In this document: positions 10,747 to 19,577 of the stretch, one piece after another
Numbering within the stretch: position 1 is the stretch's first letter
How the letters are laid out: every line of letters starts with the position of its first letter
NCBI RefSeq assembly: GCF_001306055.1
Contig: NZ_LGHJ01000007.1
Coordinates: 60,001 to 92,000, forward strand
Direction of reading: 5' to 3'
Length of the DNA: 32,000 nucleotides
DNA from: Bellilinea caldifistulae
GTDB taxonomy: Bacteria > Chloroflexota > Anaerolineae > Anaerolineales > Anaerolineaceae
Made by a program: the position numbers and the translations under genes
Notes under the pieces: model-generated
The model's database searches: none
What the model was told of the DNA's origin: nothing
Seen by the model: only the letters and a program-made list of their open reading frames with translations

Positions 10747-11898
10747 TTACTTTTCGATTAAATGTGCAGCGGCCAAAATGGAGGGGGTTAATGAAGTTGC
10801 CATTTTTGAAACATAATCCAGGTCTTCTTTAGAGAATTCGCCACCTTGAGGGTGAACAAGGGTGATTGAACCGAGCACCCGATCGTTTACTGATAGCGGA
10901 ACAGAAACCGCAGATCGGCTCTTGGCAGGATCGCCATCCCAAGGCCTTCTCAACCACCGTTCATCTTTCGACGTATTACTTACCAGCGCTGGCTTGCGGT
11001 TCTTAATTACCCAACCTGCCAAACCGTGCTGGCTGATTTCAGCCAGTTGTTCCATTGGGGGGTTTGACACCTGACCTTCACGGACAGTCGCACCTGCAAT
11101 CACATTTCCCTTTTGATCCAGTAAAATCAGTGTTCCACTGCTTGCTCCAGTGCTACATAATGCAATTTGCAGCATGTAACCCAAACTATGTTCTTCTGTG
11201 ACAGAGGGAATCATTTTTACATCTGGATTTCCCTCCACATCTTCATTGCCGTGAATTGCGCTATCGAATAAAGATTCAGCCAGTGATTTTGGCTCTTTTA
11301 GAGGGGTATCAACCGGTTCAGAGAACTGAGAGACCGTAATTTCTGCCATCCTTAACAATGAATAACAGATGACATGTTCAATCGAAAGGTGCAGGTCCTC
11401 GATATGCTGGACATTCTGAGAAGGTACACGAATTTCCAGATTGGCAATTTTTCCAAGTTTTCCACCGTTGTAACCAGTCATACCTACGGTAAAAGCACCG
11501 ACCTTATTGGCTAGCTCAACCGCATGGATTACATTCTCAGAATTACCACTGGTTGAAATCCCAATGACGATATCATTGGGCTGAACAAAATTTCTTAATT
11601 GATCCACAAAAACATTCTCATATCCATGGTCATTTGCAAGGGCTGAAAAGATGGACATGTTATCGGACAAGCCAATCACCTTGAAACCGGGTAAATCAGG
11701 GAAGGCGGTATTTTTGGCCAGGTCACATACAAAGTGAGATGCGGTAGAAGCGCTTCCGCCATTACCCATGATGAAAATCTGCCGGCCGTTCAATCGCGCA
11801 TTGTGAAGAATATGCACCAATTGATCAATTTTTTCTGCAGGTAGTTTCTGAATTGTTTGATCTAACTCTGACATATATTCTCGAATGTACTCGATCAT
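10747..11898 (-). CDS. SIS-domain sugar-phosphate isomerase (GmhA / sedoheptulose-7-P isomerase-like) fused to a C-terminal GAF domain
   Basis: 383 aa, ATG 11898 with a GGAGGAGG SD. The N-terminal ~190 aa align by eye with GmhA (IFIMGNGGSASTASHFVCDLAKN, IGISTSGNSENVIHAVELA, LEIRVPS...IEDLHLSIEH). The C-terminal ~150 aa are GAF-like (GLAGWVIKNRKPALVSNTSKDERW, RSAVSVPLSVNDRVLGSITLVH, FSKEDLDYVSKMA). Confidence 0.75.
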   Translation of the reverse strand: MIEYIREYMSELDQTIQKLPAEKIDQLVHILHNARLNGRQIFIMGNGGSASTASHFVCDLAKNTAFPDLPGFKVIGLSDNMSIFSALANDHGYENVFVDQLRNFVQPNDIVIGISTSGNSENVIHAVELANKVGAFTVGMTGYNGGKLGKIANLEIRVPSQNVQHIEDLHLSIEHVICYSLLRMAEITVSQFSEPVDTPLKEPKSLAESLFDSAIHGNEDVEGNPDVKMIPSVTEEHSLGYMLQIALCSTGASSGTLILLDQKGNVIAGATVREGQVSNPPMEQLAEISQHGLAGWVIKNRKPALVSNTSKDERWLRRPWDGDPAKSRSAVSVPLSVNDRVLGSITLVHPQGGEFSKEDLDYVSKMATSLTPSILAAAHLIEK

Positions 11899-11933
11899 TT
11901 CAACCTCCTCCAGACAATGCAGCGTTCAGTCTG

Positions 11934-12908
11934 CTAGCGTCGGTAATTGAATATGGTTTTTGAACCATCCGGTTCAAGTCGAATGGGTACTTCGCGTAGA
12001 CCATTCAGCGAACTTCGTACCGCATCACGTTTTTCGTAAGGACAATACAGAAGTAAAAAACCACCTCCACCGGCTCCGGTCACCTTACCGCCTAATGCTC
12101 CGGCTTTGCGGGCAGTTTTGTAAATCTCCTCGATTTGACCGTTACTGATTTTGCTGGCGAGTTGTTTTTTGTATTGCCAGCTTTCGTGAAGTAGAGTCCC
12201 GATTACATCAATGTTTCCCTTTTCGAGTTCTTCTTTTGCAACATAAGCCAATTCTTTCAACTGACGTAAAGTTTTTTTATTTTCATGAATGTTATCTTGT
12301 TGTTCTGAAAGGATGCTTGCCGCTTGTCTTGTAGTACCGGTAAAGTACAACAGAAGGTTTTCATTCAAACGCGTCATTGAAACTTCATCCAACGGCAATT
12401 TATAATTACACACCTCACCGCTGTTTGAAAATTCAAAAAATCGCAATCCTCCGTAAGCAGCAATATACTGATCTTGCACTCCTATTGGTTTCTTCAGAAT
12501 GTCAATCTCAATTTCACAAGCCTCTCTGGCCAATTGTTCAGCATTGATGGAGCAATTAAGGTAAGTGTACATCGCGTGAAGAGCCCCAACAGTTACGGTA
12601 CTGGAAGAGCCAAGCCCTGAACCGGAAGGAATATCACCCATGGTAGTGATCTCCACCCCTTTGGTGATTCCAACTTTTCTCAGGGCTTCACGAATCAATT
12701 CATGTTGGAGGTCATTGATGTCTTCAACAATTTCAGTTCGTGTGTAACCAACGCGCAGAAAATCATCAAACCTGCGCTTTATGGTTACAAAAATGTATTT
12801 GTCAATCGCAGATGACAAAACACAACCTCCTTCTTCCATGAAGTAAGAAGGAAAATCCGTTCCCCCCCCAAAAAAACTGATTCGTAAGGGAGTTTGAACA
12901 ATAATCAA
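11934..12908 (-). CDS. GHMP-family sugar(-phosphate) kinase (HddA-like heptose-7-phosphate kinase class)
   Basis: 324 aa. TTG start at 12908 overlaps the epimerase TGA, with GGAG ~9 nt upstream. N-terminal [13 protein letters not shown] motif; GHMP motif [22 protein letters not shown]; C-terminal [14 protein letters not shown]. Confidence 0.8.
   Translation of the reverse strand: MIIVQTPLRISFFGGGTDFPSYFMEEGGCVLSSAIDKYIFVTIKRRFDDFLRVGYTRTEIVEDINDLQHELIREALRKVGITKGVEITTMGDIPSGSGLGSSSTVTVGALHAMYTYLNCSINAEQLAREACEIEIDILKKPIGVQDQYIAAYGGLRFFEFSNSGEVCNYKLPLDEVSMTRLNENLLLYFTGTTRQAASILSEQQDNIHENKKTLRQLKELAYVAKEELEKGNIDVIGTLLHESWQYKKQLASKISNGQIEEIYKTARKAGALGGKVTGAGGGGFLLLYCPYEKRDAVRSSLNGLREVPIRLEPDGSKTIFNYRR
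12862..12876 (-). repeat. Homopolymer pair T7-G8 (coding strand) at codons 11-16 of the GHMP kinase
   Basis: The plus strand reads C8 (12862-12869) followed by A7 (12870-12876). The coding strand is AGT TTT TTT GGG GGG GGA (S F F G G G). This is the longest G/C homopolymer I found in the window. Confidence 0.95.
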
Positions 12909-13837
12909 TTCACCAGCTCCGTTTGTCTGAAAAACTCGACCGTTTTACTGAGACCTTGCAGGAGTGAAGTCTTCGGTTTCCAGCCCGTTTCAGCCTGAAA
13001 TTTGGTACTATCCAGATAAATCCTTCGTGTTTCGCCCAACCTCGCAGGACCAAATTGAACCTCTTTTGTGTAATGGGTGATTACTTTCAGACCCTCAAAG
13101 ATTTGAATCACGTTAGTTGGCTGCCCTGTTCCAAGGTTGTATACATAGCCACCGGAATTTAAAGAGAGAGCAAGGCGATTGGCTTCAGCAACATCGTCCA
13201 CAAAAACAAAATCCCTCTCCTGCAATCCATCACCATGAATAGTAACCGCTTCATTGCGAGACATCTGGCCAGTAAATATGGCTACTACGCCGGCTTCACC
13301 TTTGGGATCCTGACGAGGACCATACACATTCGGGTAACGAAAAACGACATAATCCAATCCATACATCACGCGGTACATGTACAAATAAAGTTCAGTCATG
13401 TACTTGGTCGCACCATACTGGCAAATCGGCTGAATGGGATGTTCCTCGTCGCAAGGAAGATACTTTGGCTCGCCATAAACCGTTCCTCCAGAGGAAGCAT
13501 AAATGAATTGCCGTACATCATATTTACGAGCGCATTCCAACACATTCAGAGATCCCTTCACATTTACATCCGCATCATAGAGAGGGTCAGCGACAGACCG
13601 CCGTACATCCATCTGAGCCGCATGATGATTGACAACGTCAGGGCGCTCCTTCTCGAATATCTGGGAAAGGTTTGAACTGCGAATATCCAGCTGATAGAAA
13701 GTGGCTGCAGGATTGATGTTGGTGTATCTGCCGGTCACCAGATTGTCTACAATGACAACATCATGCCCATCTTGAAGGAGCAAGTCAACTACCGTTGACC
13801 CAATAAAACCAGCCCCGCCTGTTACAAGAATTTTCAT
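12905..13837 (-). CDS. NAD-dependent nucleotide-sugar epimerase/dehydratase (extended SDR, GalE-like)
   Basis: 310 aa. [14 protein letters not shown] Rossmann motif and catalytic YGATK (YxxxK). Stop overlaps the kinase start by 4 nt. Confidence 0.85.
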   Translation of the reverse strand: MKILVTGGAGFIGSTVVDLLLQDGHDVVIVDNLVTGRYTNINPAATFYQLDIRSSNLSQIFEKERPDVVNHHAAQMDVRRSVADPLYDADVNVKGSLNVLECARKYDVRQFIYASSGGTVYGEPKYLPCDEEHPIQPICQYGATKYMTELYLYMYRVMYGLDYVVFRYPNVYGPRQDPKGEAGVVAIFTGQMSRNEAVTIHGDGLQERDFVFVDDVAEANRLALSLNSGGYVYNLGTGQPTNVIQIFEGLKVITHYTKEVQFGPARLGETRRIYLDSTKFQAETGWKPKTSLLQGLSKTVEFFRQTELVN

Positions 13838-13851
13838 GATGGTTAGCCTTT

Positions 13852-15366
13852 CTAATATGCGCCGCGTTTGCTGAGTATAGCGGGTATGGTTTGGATGATC
13901 AACTGAATGTCCATCCAGATGTTCCAGTTGCGTATGTAATACATATCAAAACGTACCCGTTCTTGGTAACTGACATCCGAACGGCCCGAGACTTGCCATT
14001 TTCCGGTGATGCCGGGTTTTACAGTCAGCAGATTGATTCCCCATTTTTTATACTCTTCCAATTCAGGGGCTGTAATCATTCGTGGTCCAACCAGGGACAT
14101 CTCGTTTCTCAGAACATTAAACAATTGAGGAAGCTCGTCCAGACTGGTTTTTCTTAAAATCCGGCCTATCCGGGTAATTCGAGGATCGTCTTTGATTTTA
14201 TGGTATCTGACTAATTCCTCTTTTTTTTCTGGATACTGTTCTAAAACATCATCCCCATTGATGACCATGGTTCGAAATTTGAAGGCATCAAATTCTTTCC
14301 CATTTACTCCCAGAACACGCCTACGATGGATAACCGGGCCGGGAGAATCCAGTTTAATGGCTACTGCAATGAGTAGAAGCAGAGGGGATATCAATATGAG
14401 TAACGGGATAGACACCCCATAATCTAATGCAGCTTTTAGCACTTGTTCACTACCGGTCAATCTCACTTTGTTGACTTCCACAAGTGGGACCCACGCAAAT
14501 TCCCGAACGCTCAAACCTGTTGTGATGATCTCGTAAAGGCCGGAAGATATTCGCAATTTGGCTTTATCCGAGGTTCCGAATTTTTCAAAAATATCCAGTA
14601 ATTCTTCGCGGCTTAAGGCACTGCTGGTGAGAATCACTTCATCAATGCGATGCCTTTCGATCAAGTCCCCCAATTGTCGAATCTCTCCCAAGATTCTAAG
14701 TCCTTTATCGTTACCTGTTGGATTGTCGGTATTTGTGACAAAACCAAGCAGGCTCAATCCCGAATGACGAACATCGCTCAATTGTTGAGCCATTTCGGCA
14801 GATTCCTGGTTGTAACCTACAATTACAGCCCTTGATAAGAAGTAACCATAAGTTCTCAAGAAGTAAGCCACACGCCGGAGCAGAAATCTTCCCAACGCCG
14901 TAAAGAAAAATGCCGAAAGCCAAGCTATCAAAATCCAACCCCGCGCAAATACAATGCGAGGCTCAAAATAGCCAACTGCAATGACAATAATCATCGCAAG
15001 GGTATTTGCTTCAAACAGCAGATGATATTCTCGCACCCCGCCAAGTAAGTTCTCCCGTTTATACAGACCCCTCAGTAGAAAAACTGCCAGCCAGGTGGGT
15101 ATAATCAGTAAAATTAATCCTTCATAATAGTCAACAGATGTCAGGGCTCTTGGATCGAATATGGGCAAGGTCAACTCAAACCGAATTAAGTAAGCAAACC
15201 GGAGACCCAATCCAATATTCAAACCATCGCTGATCAACAATATCACACTAAACAGCAACCACTCCCAATAGCGTGAACGAGTTTTGGTAGCAGTAGTAGA
15301 TAATAAAGTCTTTTCACGGATTTGGTCTTTGGTTAATTCTTTTTCGGTCAGGTAAGAGGAACGCAT
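13852..15366 (-). CDS. Polyprenyl-phosphate glycosylphosphotransferase (large WbaP/EpsE-type priming sugar transferase)
   Basis: The ORF-track start at 15390 is GTG. The ATG at 15366 has an AAGGTGG SD 6 nt upstream, giving 504 aa. There are N-terminal TM helices and a central Rossmann-like region. The C-terminal bacterial sugar-transferase domain has PGPVIHRRRVLG, DELPQLFNVLRNEMSLVGPR and KPGITGKWQVSGRSD. Confidence 0.85.
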   Translation of the reverse strand: MRSSYLTEKELTKDQIREKTLLSTTATKTRSRYWEWLLFSVILLISDGLNIGLGLRFAYLIRFELTLPIFDPRALTSVDYYEGLILLIIPTWLAVFLLRGLYKRENLLGGVREYHLLFEANTLAMIIVIAVGYFEPRIVFARGWILIAWLSAFFFTALGRFLLRRVAYFLRTYGYFLSRAVIVGYNQESAEMAQQLSDVRHSGLSLLGFVTNTDNPTGNDKGLRILGEIRQLGDLIERHRIDEVILTSSALSREELLDIFEKFGTSDKAKLRISSGLYEIITTGLSVREFAWVPLVEVNKVRLTGSEQVLKAALDYGVSIPLLILISPLLLLIAVAIKLDSPGPVIHRRRVLGVNGKEFDAFKFRTMVINGDDVLEQYPEKKEELVRYHKIKDDPRITRIGRILRKTSLDELPQLFNVLRNEMSLVGPRMITAPELEEYKKWGINLLTVKPGITGKWQVSGRSDVSYQERVRFDMYYIRNWNIWMDIQLIIQTIPAILSKRGAY

Positions 15367-15472
15367 AAAGACCACCTTATCGAATTTCACATAAGCCGAT
15401 TTGGAGAAGTTCTAAAGGATTGATAAATTTCCAAAATTCGGCGAGATAATAAAATTAATAATCTTTATAAAA

Positions 15473-15500
15473 ATTGTACAACACCCAAAAGCCCAGTCAA
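15473..15500 (-). promoter_or_regulatory. Candidate sigma70-type promoter for the glycan operon
   Basis: Minus strand reads TTGACT (15500..15495), a 16-nt spacer, then TACAAT (15478..15473), ~100 nt upstream of the ATG at 15366. It sits in a visibly AT-rich 460-bp intergenic region, where chance matches are likely. Confidence 0.35.
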
Positions 15501-15851
15501 TCTTTTATAAACAAATTCTAAAAAAAGAATAAGAAATACCAAACCAACTATAAGAATTGATGCGTAAAAAAGTATTATGAAAAGTTCAGAAAAAAGGGGG
15601 AGGGGGGATTAATAGATTAAATGCCACGAATAATAAAGTCTTTTTGGCAGTTTTTTCCCGATCGAAACCATTCAAAAATGTGTTTAAATCACGTGAAAAA
15701 CGATTCGATGAATCAAAAATGAGCCAATGGGGCATGGATCGGATAAAATATATACCCAATATAATATATCTTATCATGGGTTATACAAATGTTTTACCCT
15801 TTTTGTGTGTCCAAATGGGTCTATTTAGCCACAATTCGGCTTAGGAATCTT

Positions 15852-16613
15852 CTACCCAGCCAAACTTTTAATGAAAAACCCTGCTTCTTCTAAAGCCAAT
15901 CGCACTCTCCAAACAATTTCTTTAGCACTCGGAGAATCTCCGTGAATACACAGTGTGTCCACCTTAAGGGTTGTGTTTGAATTTTCCGATTGGATTGCAA
16001 TCCCCTCGCTTGCCAAACACACGGCTTGTTGAGCAGCTTTCAGCGGATCATGGATGATTGAGCCAGCCCAACCGCGTGGCATTAACCTTCCATCTTGAAG
16101 ATAACCACGCTCTATAAACCCCTCATTTGCCGTTTTCATACCATATTCCAACCCCATTGTTACCAAAACCGACCCGGCCAGACCGACAATGATTAATTCA
16201 CGGCTAAAACGCCTGACTGCAAGGACAATGGCCTTGGCTACTTGAGCATCCTCGGCTGCCTGATTGTAAAGCGCTCCATGTGGTTTAACGTGGGTCATTT
16301 CTGCGCCACTCGCCCGAACGAAACTCCACAAGGCTCCAATCTGGTACAAAACCATCGCTTCCACCTCTTCTGGTGCCATTTCCATCTTACGCCGCCCAAA
16401 ACCTTGCAGGTCCGGATAACCGGGATGTGCGCCGATTGCCAGATGATGTTTAACCGCTTTCTCGACCGTTTTTTGGATTACAACTGGATCACCCGCGTGG
16501 AAACCACACGCCAGATTAACTGAACTCAGAAAAGGCATCAGATCTTCGTCCATTCCCAATGTGTACCGTCCAAAACTTTCACCCATGTCGCAATTAAGAT
16601 CAATCGTTTTCAT
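15852..16613 (-). CDS. pxpA: 5-oxoprolinase subunit A (LamB/YcsF family)
   Basis: The ORF-track start at 16637 is TTG. The ATG at 16613 forms an ATGA overlap with the pxpC stop. N-terminus MKTIDLNCDMGESFG is the canonical LamB/YcsF start; 253 aa. Confidence 0.85.
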   Translation of the reverse strand: MKTIDLNCDMGESFGRYTLGMDEDLMPFLSSVNLACGFHAGDPVVIQKTVEKAVKHHLAIGAHPGYPDLQGFGRRKMEMAPEEVEAMVLYQIGALWSFVRASGAEMTHVKPHGALYNQAAEDAQVAKAIVLAVRRFSRELIIVGLAGSVLVTMGLEYGMKTANEGFIERGYLQDGRLMPRGWAGSIIHDPLKAAQQAVCLASEGIAIQSENSNTTLKVDTLCIHGDSPSAKEIVWRVRLALEEAGFFIKSLAG

Positions 16614-17593
16614 TGAATAGATCCAGCCCTTTCCCAAAGTTCCGAGTTGTATGGATCAGTATCCAAAAATTCGAGCCTTCGACTCAAAACCATATACGCT
16701 TCTCTTGCTTGTTCAGGAGAAACCGAGCAAAACTGAATCTGACTTCTGAGAGGTTCGCATTGCGCTAACAGGGGTAAATCTGCCCGTATCACCACACCTA
16801 TAATTGGATAACCACCGCTGGTTGGAGAATCCGCCATCATGACAATTGGTTCTCCATTGGGGGGAATCTGAATTGCCCCAGGGAGCATTCCCAAGGAGAT
16901 CAAATTGCCCGAGAAATTCACTGTTAATGGTTCGCCTTGCAGTCTGTACCCGCTTCGGTTAGACGAAGAAGAAATCACATAAGTTTTCTGAAAAAACGAA
17001 TTATAAACATCTTGATTGAACCAACTGGAGTGCGGCCCAACCACAACTCGGATAACAGGATCGGGTTGATAGTATTGAATCGCCTCGATTGAAAAAGAAC
17101 GATCGCGTATCCCTTCCTGGCCCTTTACGGGTTCGCCAATTTTCAATTGATCCCCCTTCATGAGAAAGCGCCCAAACCCACCGCCGAAACCACCCACCAG
17201 GGATGTTGAGCGCGACCCCATGAGAGGCTTTACATCAATTCCTCCATGAAATGCAATGACTGCCCACATCCCACCCCCTTCGTGATCAACTTGGACGATT
17301 TGACCCGATTGCACTGCGATGGATTGCCACAGGCTCATCAATTGTCCATCCAGTCGAAGAGAAAACCCTTTCCCACACACGGCCATCAACAAATTTTTCA
17401 ACGCTCGAAATCGAAAACCGCCCAATCCGATCTCAATACACGCCAATTCATCTGGATTTCCAACCAGCCTGTTGGCTGCTCGCAAGGCGAATTCGTCCAC
17501 TGCACCGCTGCGCGGTACTCCAAACTGTCCCCAACCATATCGCCCCAAATCCTGGATTGTCGAGAAATAGCCGCCGTCTAAAATTTCAATCAT
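16610..17593 (-). CDS. pxpC: 5-oxoprolinase subunit C (allophanate hydrolase subunit 2 / KipA family)
   Basis: The ATG at 17593 gives MIEILDGGYFSTIQDLGRYGWGQFGVPRSGAVD, the typical family N-terminus. The ORF-track extension to 17701 would overlap pxpB by more than 100 nt. 327 aa. Confidence 0.85.
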   Translation of the reverse strand: MIEILDGGYFSTIQDLGRYGWGQFGVPRSGAVDEFALRAANRLVGNPDELACIEIGLGGFRFRALKNLLMAVCGKGFSLRLDGQLMSLWQSIAVQSGQIVQVDHEGGGMWAVIAFHGGIDVKPLMGSRSTSLVGGFGGGFGRFLMKGDQLKIGEPVKGQEGIRDRSFSIEAIQYYQPDPVIRVVVGPHSSWFNQDVYNSFFQKTYVISSSSNRSGYRLQGEPLTVNFSGNLISLGMLPGAIQIPPNGEPIVMMADSPTSGGYPIIGVVIRADLPLLAQCEPLRSQIQFCSVSPEQAREAYMVLSRRLEFLDTDPYNSELWERAGSIQ

Positions 17594-18263
17594 GGCTAAT
17601 GATGTCATTCCCAACAGGTATAAATCGTAGTCGGTCCCCTGGTTTGAGCAAAAAATAGGGAGCTTCTTCAGGATTGAACAATTGCACAGGAGTCCAACCA
17701 ATCAATTGCCAGCCGCCAGCCGATTCGTTTGGATAAATTCCAGTTTGATTTCCAGCAATGCCCACCGAGCCGGCTGGTACACGGGTTCGGGGTGAAGAAA
17801 GACGCGGGGTGGCAATCCTTGGATTCATTCCGCCAAGATACGGAAAACCGGGACTAAAACCCATCATGAATACTGTATATTCCCCCTCACTATGAAGGCG
17901 GATTACCTCGGCGGGAGTTAAGCGGTTGTATTCAGCCACAAAATCCAGATCAGGCCCATAATCTCCCCCATAAATTGTTGGTATCTCTATCATCTTGCCT
18001 CGACGATAGAATGCCATCTGTATTCGATCTAGCCCTTCAAATATCATATTGTAAAGAGTATCTAAATCAACCTGAAAAGGGTCAAATTCGATAAGCAATG
18101 AGGCATAGGCGGGAATCAATTCCCTGATTCCATGGATATTTGAAAGGCGCAACCATTCACTTAAGTGGTGAACTCGCCGATTCACCTCGAAATCAATTTT
18201 ATCTCCAAGAATGACCAGCAATCCGTATTCACCGAATGGCTCAATGTGAAAATGGGTTCTCAT
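17586..18263 (-). CDS. pxpB: 5-oxoprolinase subunit B (allophanate hydrolase subunit 1 / KipI family)
   Basis: The ORF-track start at 18308 is TTG. The ATG at 18263 gives MRTHFHIEPFGEYGLLVILGD, the family-typical start. Contains FSPGFPYLGG. 8-nt overlap with pxpC. The start choice is less certain than the gene call. Confidence 0.8.
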   Translation of the reverse strand: MRTHFHIEPFGEYGLLVILGDKIDFEVNRRVHHLSEWLRLSNIHGIRELIPAYASLLIEFDPFQVDLDTLYNMIFEGLDRIQMAFYRRGKMIEIPTIYGGDYGPDLDFVAEYNRLTPAEVIRLHSEGEYTVFMMGFSPGFPYLGGMNPRIATPRLSSPRTRVPAGSVGIAGNQTGIYPNESAGGWQLIGWTPVQLFNPEEAPYFLLKPGDRLRFIPVGNDIISHD

Positions 18264-18314
18264 GGAATTAAACCCGATTTTGCGTTTGTGTTCAAAACGC
18301 GCGATCAAATAGGG

Positions 18315-19577
18315 TCAGCGCCGCACGTGACCGTCACCCACAATGACCCACTTGTATGATGTAAGTTCCTTCAATCCCATCGGTCCACGCGCATGAATTT
18401 TTTGCGTCGAAACCGCAACCTCGGCACCCAACCCCAATTGTCCTCCATCAGTAAACCGAGTACTGGCATTAACATAAACCGCGGCCGAGTCCACTCTTTG
18501 GATAAACATTTCGATATTTTCTGGGCTGGTGGATAGTATACCATCGGAGTGAGCAGTTGAATGCTGTTCAATGTGCTCTATGGCTTCATCTATATTATCC
18601 ACAATTTTTACCCCAAGCACCAGAGATAACCACTCTGTATCAAAATCCCCTTCCCCTGCCACTTGATATACCCTCGATGGTTGTAAATTGAGCAGCTTTA
18701 AAACGGATTGATCTAAACGAAACGTCACGCCGGCATTACTCAATTGCTCAAAAACCTTGGGTAAAATTGTGCGAGCGATACCACGATGGACAAGCAATGT
18801 ATCCAAAGCATTACATACCGTTGGTCTTTGAACTTTCGCATTGAAGATGACCTCAACAGACTTTTCAACATCAGCGCTTTCATCAACAAATAAATGGCAG
18901 ATTCCGATACCGCCAACGATTACCGGTATCTGGCTATTTTCTCTACAAAATTGATGTAATTTTGCACCACCGCGAGGAATAATCAGGTCAACATAGGATG
19001 GCATCTTCAGTAAATCCAGTACATAACGACGCTCAGGACTCTCAATCAATTGAACTACCTGTGAAGGTAAACCCTGCTTTTGCAATGCCATCTGGATGAT
19101 TTCTACCAATGCCCGGTTGCTCTCAATCGTTTCACTCCCTCCCCTAAGAATAACCGCATTACCAGACTTGAGCGCAAGGCAAGAAACATCAATTGTCACA
19201 TTTGGTCTGGATTCGTAAATCACTCCCAAGACCCCGATTGGTACCCGCAGTTTACGAACTTGCAGCCCGTTTGGTAACACTTGTTCATCCAAAATCTCTT
19301 TGAGCGGGTCAGGCAGGTCTATGACTCGTTGAATATCGGCTACTATTCCTTCCAATCGAGAAGGAGTAATCAATAGGCGGTCTATCATTGCATCTGAAAG
19401 ACCCTGCTGACGAGCATTTTCCACATCTTTTTCATTGGCCGCCAATATATTGGTTTGTTTCTCTAACAACAATTGGCCAATATCCCGTAAAACATTATTT
19501 CGTTGTTCGGTCGGGGTTATTGAAAGTATCCTCGCACTACTCCTGGCTCGTTTTCCGATTTCACTTAAGTCAACCAT
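18315..19577 (-). CDS. proA: Glutamate-5-semialdehyde dehydrogenase (gamma-glutamyl phosphate reductase)
   Basis: 420 aa, full-length ALDH-like ProA (VIYESRPNVTID, CNALDTLLVH, ASTRFTDGGQLGLGAEV). 8-nt overlap with the proB stop. Confidence 0.9.
   Translation of the reverse strand: MVDLSEIGKRARSSARILSITPTEQRNNVLRDIGQLLLEKQTNILAANEKDVENARQQGLSDAMIDRLLITPSRLEGIVADIQRVIDLPDPLKEILDEQVLPNGLQVRKLRVPIGVLGVIYESRPNVTIDVSCLALKSGNAVILRGGSETIESNRALVEIIQMALQKQGLPSQVVQLIESPERRYVLDLLKMPSYVDLIIPRGGAKLHQFCRENSQIPVIVGGIGICHLFVDESADVEKSVEVIFNAKVQRPTVCNALDTLLVHRGIARTILPKVFEQLSNAGVTFRLDQSVLKLLNLQPSRVYQVAGEGDFDTEWLSLVLGVKIVDNIDEAIEHIEQHSTAHSDGILSTSPENIEMFIQRVDSAAVYVNASTRFTDGGQLGLGAEVAVSTQKIHARGPMGLKELTSYKWVIVGDGHVRR

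Noticed and set aside
14221-14228. A8 tract (coding strand GAA AAA AAA GAG) inside the priming glycosyltransferase as a phase-variation site
   Set aside because: A/T runs of 7-8 occur repeatedly in this window (e.g. 5407-5413, 8602-9, 26519-25). They encode ordinary Lys/Glu stretches and are expected at this base composition. The tract is far less distinctive than the G8 tract in the kinase.
15590-15607. A6-G5-A-G6 block as a G-quadruplex or slippery regulatory tract
   Set aside because: There are only two G-runs, so it cannot form an intramolecular quadruplex. It lies ~90 nt upstream of the predicted -35, so a spacer-length switch is not supported. It is kept only as a descriptive note in the leader finding.
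15586-15844. Two small ORFs (63 aa minus strand, 66 aa plus strand) in the AT-rich leader
   Set aside because: They overlap each other on opposite strands and have no SD. Their composition simply mirrors AT-rich DNA (Ile/Phe/Asn/Lys-rich). I treat the region as non-coding regulatory DNA.
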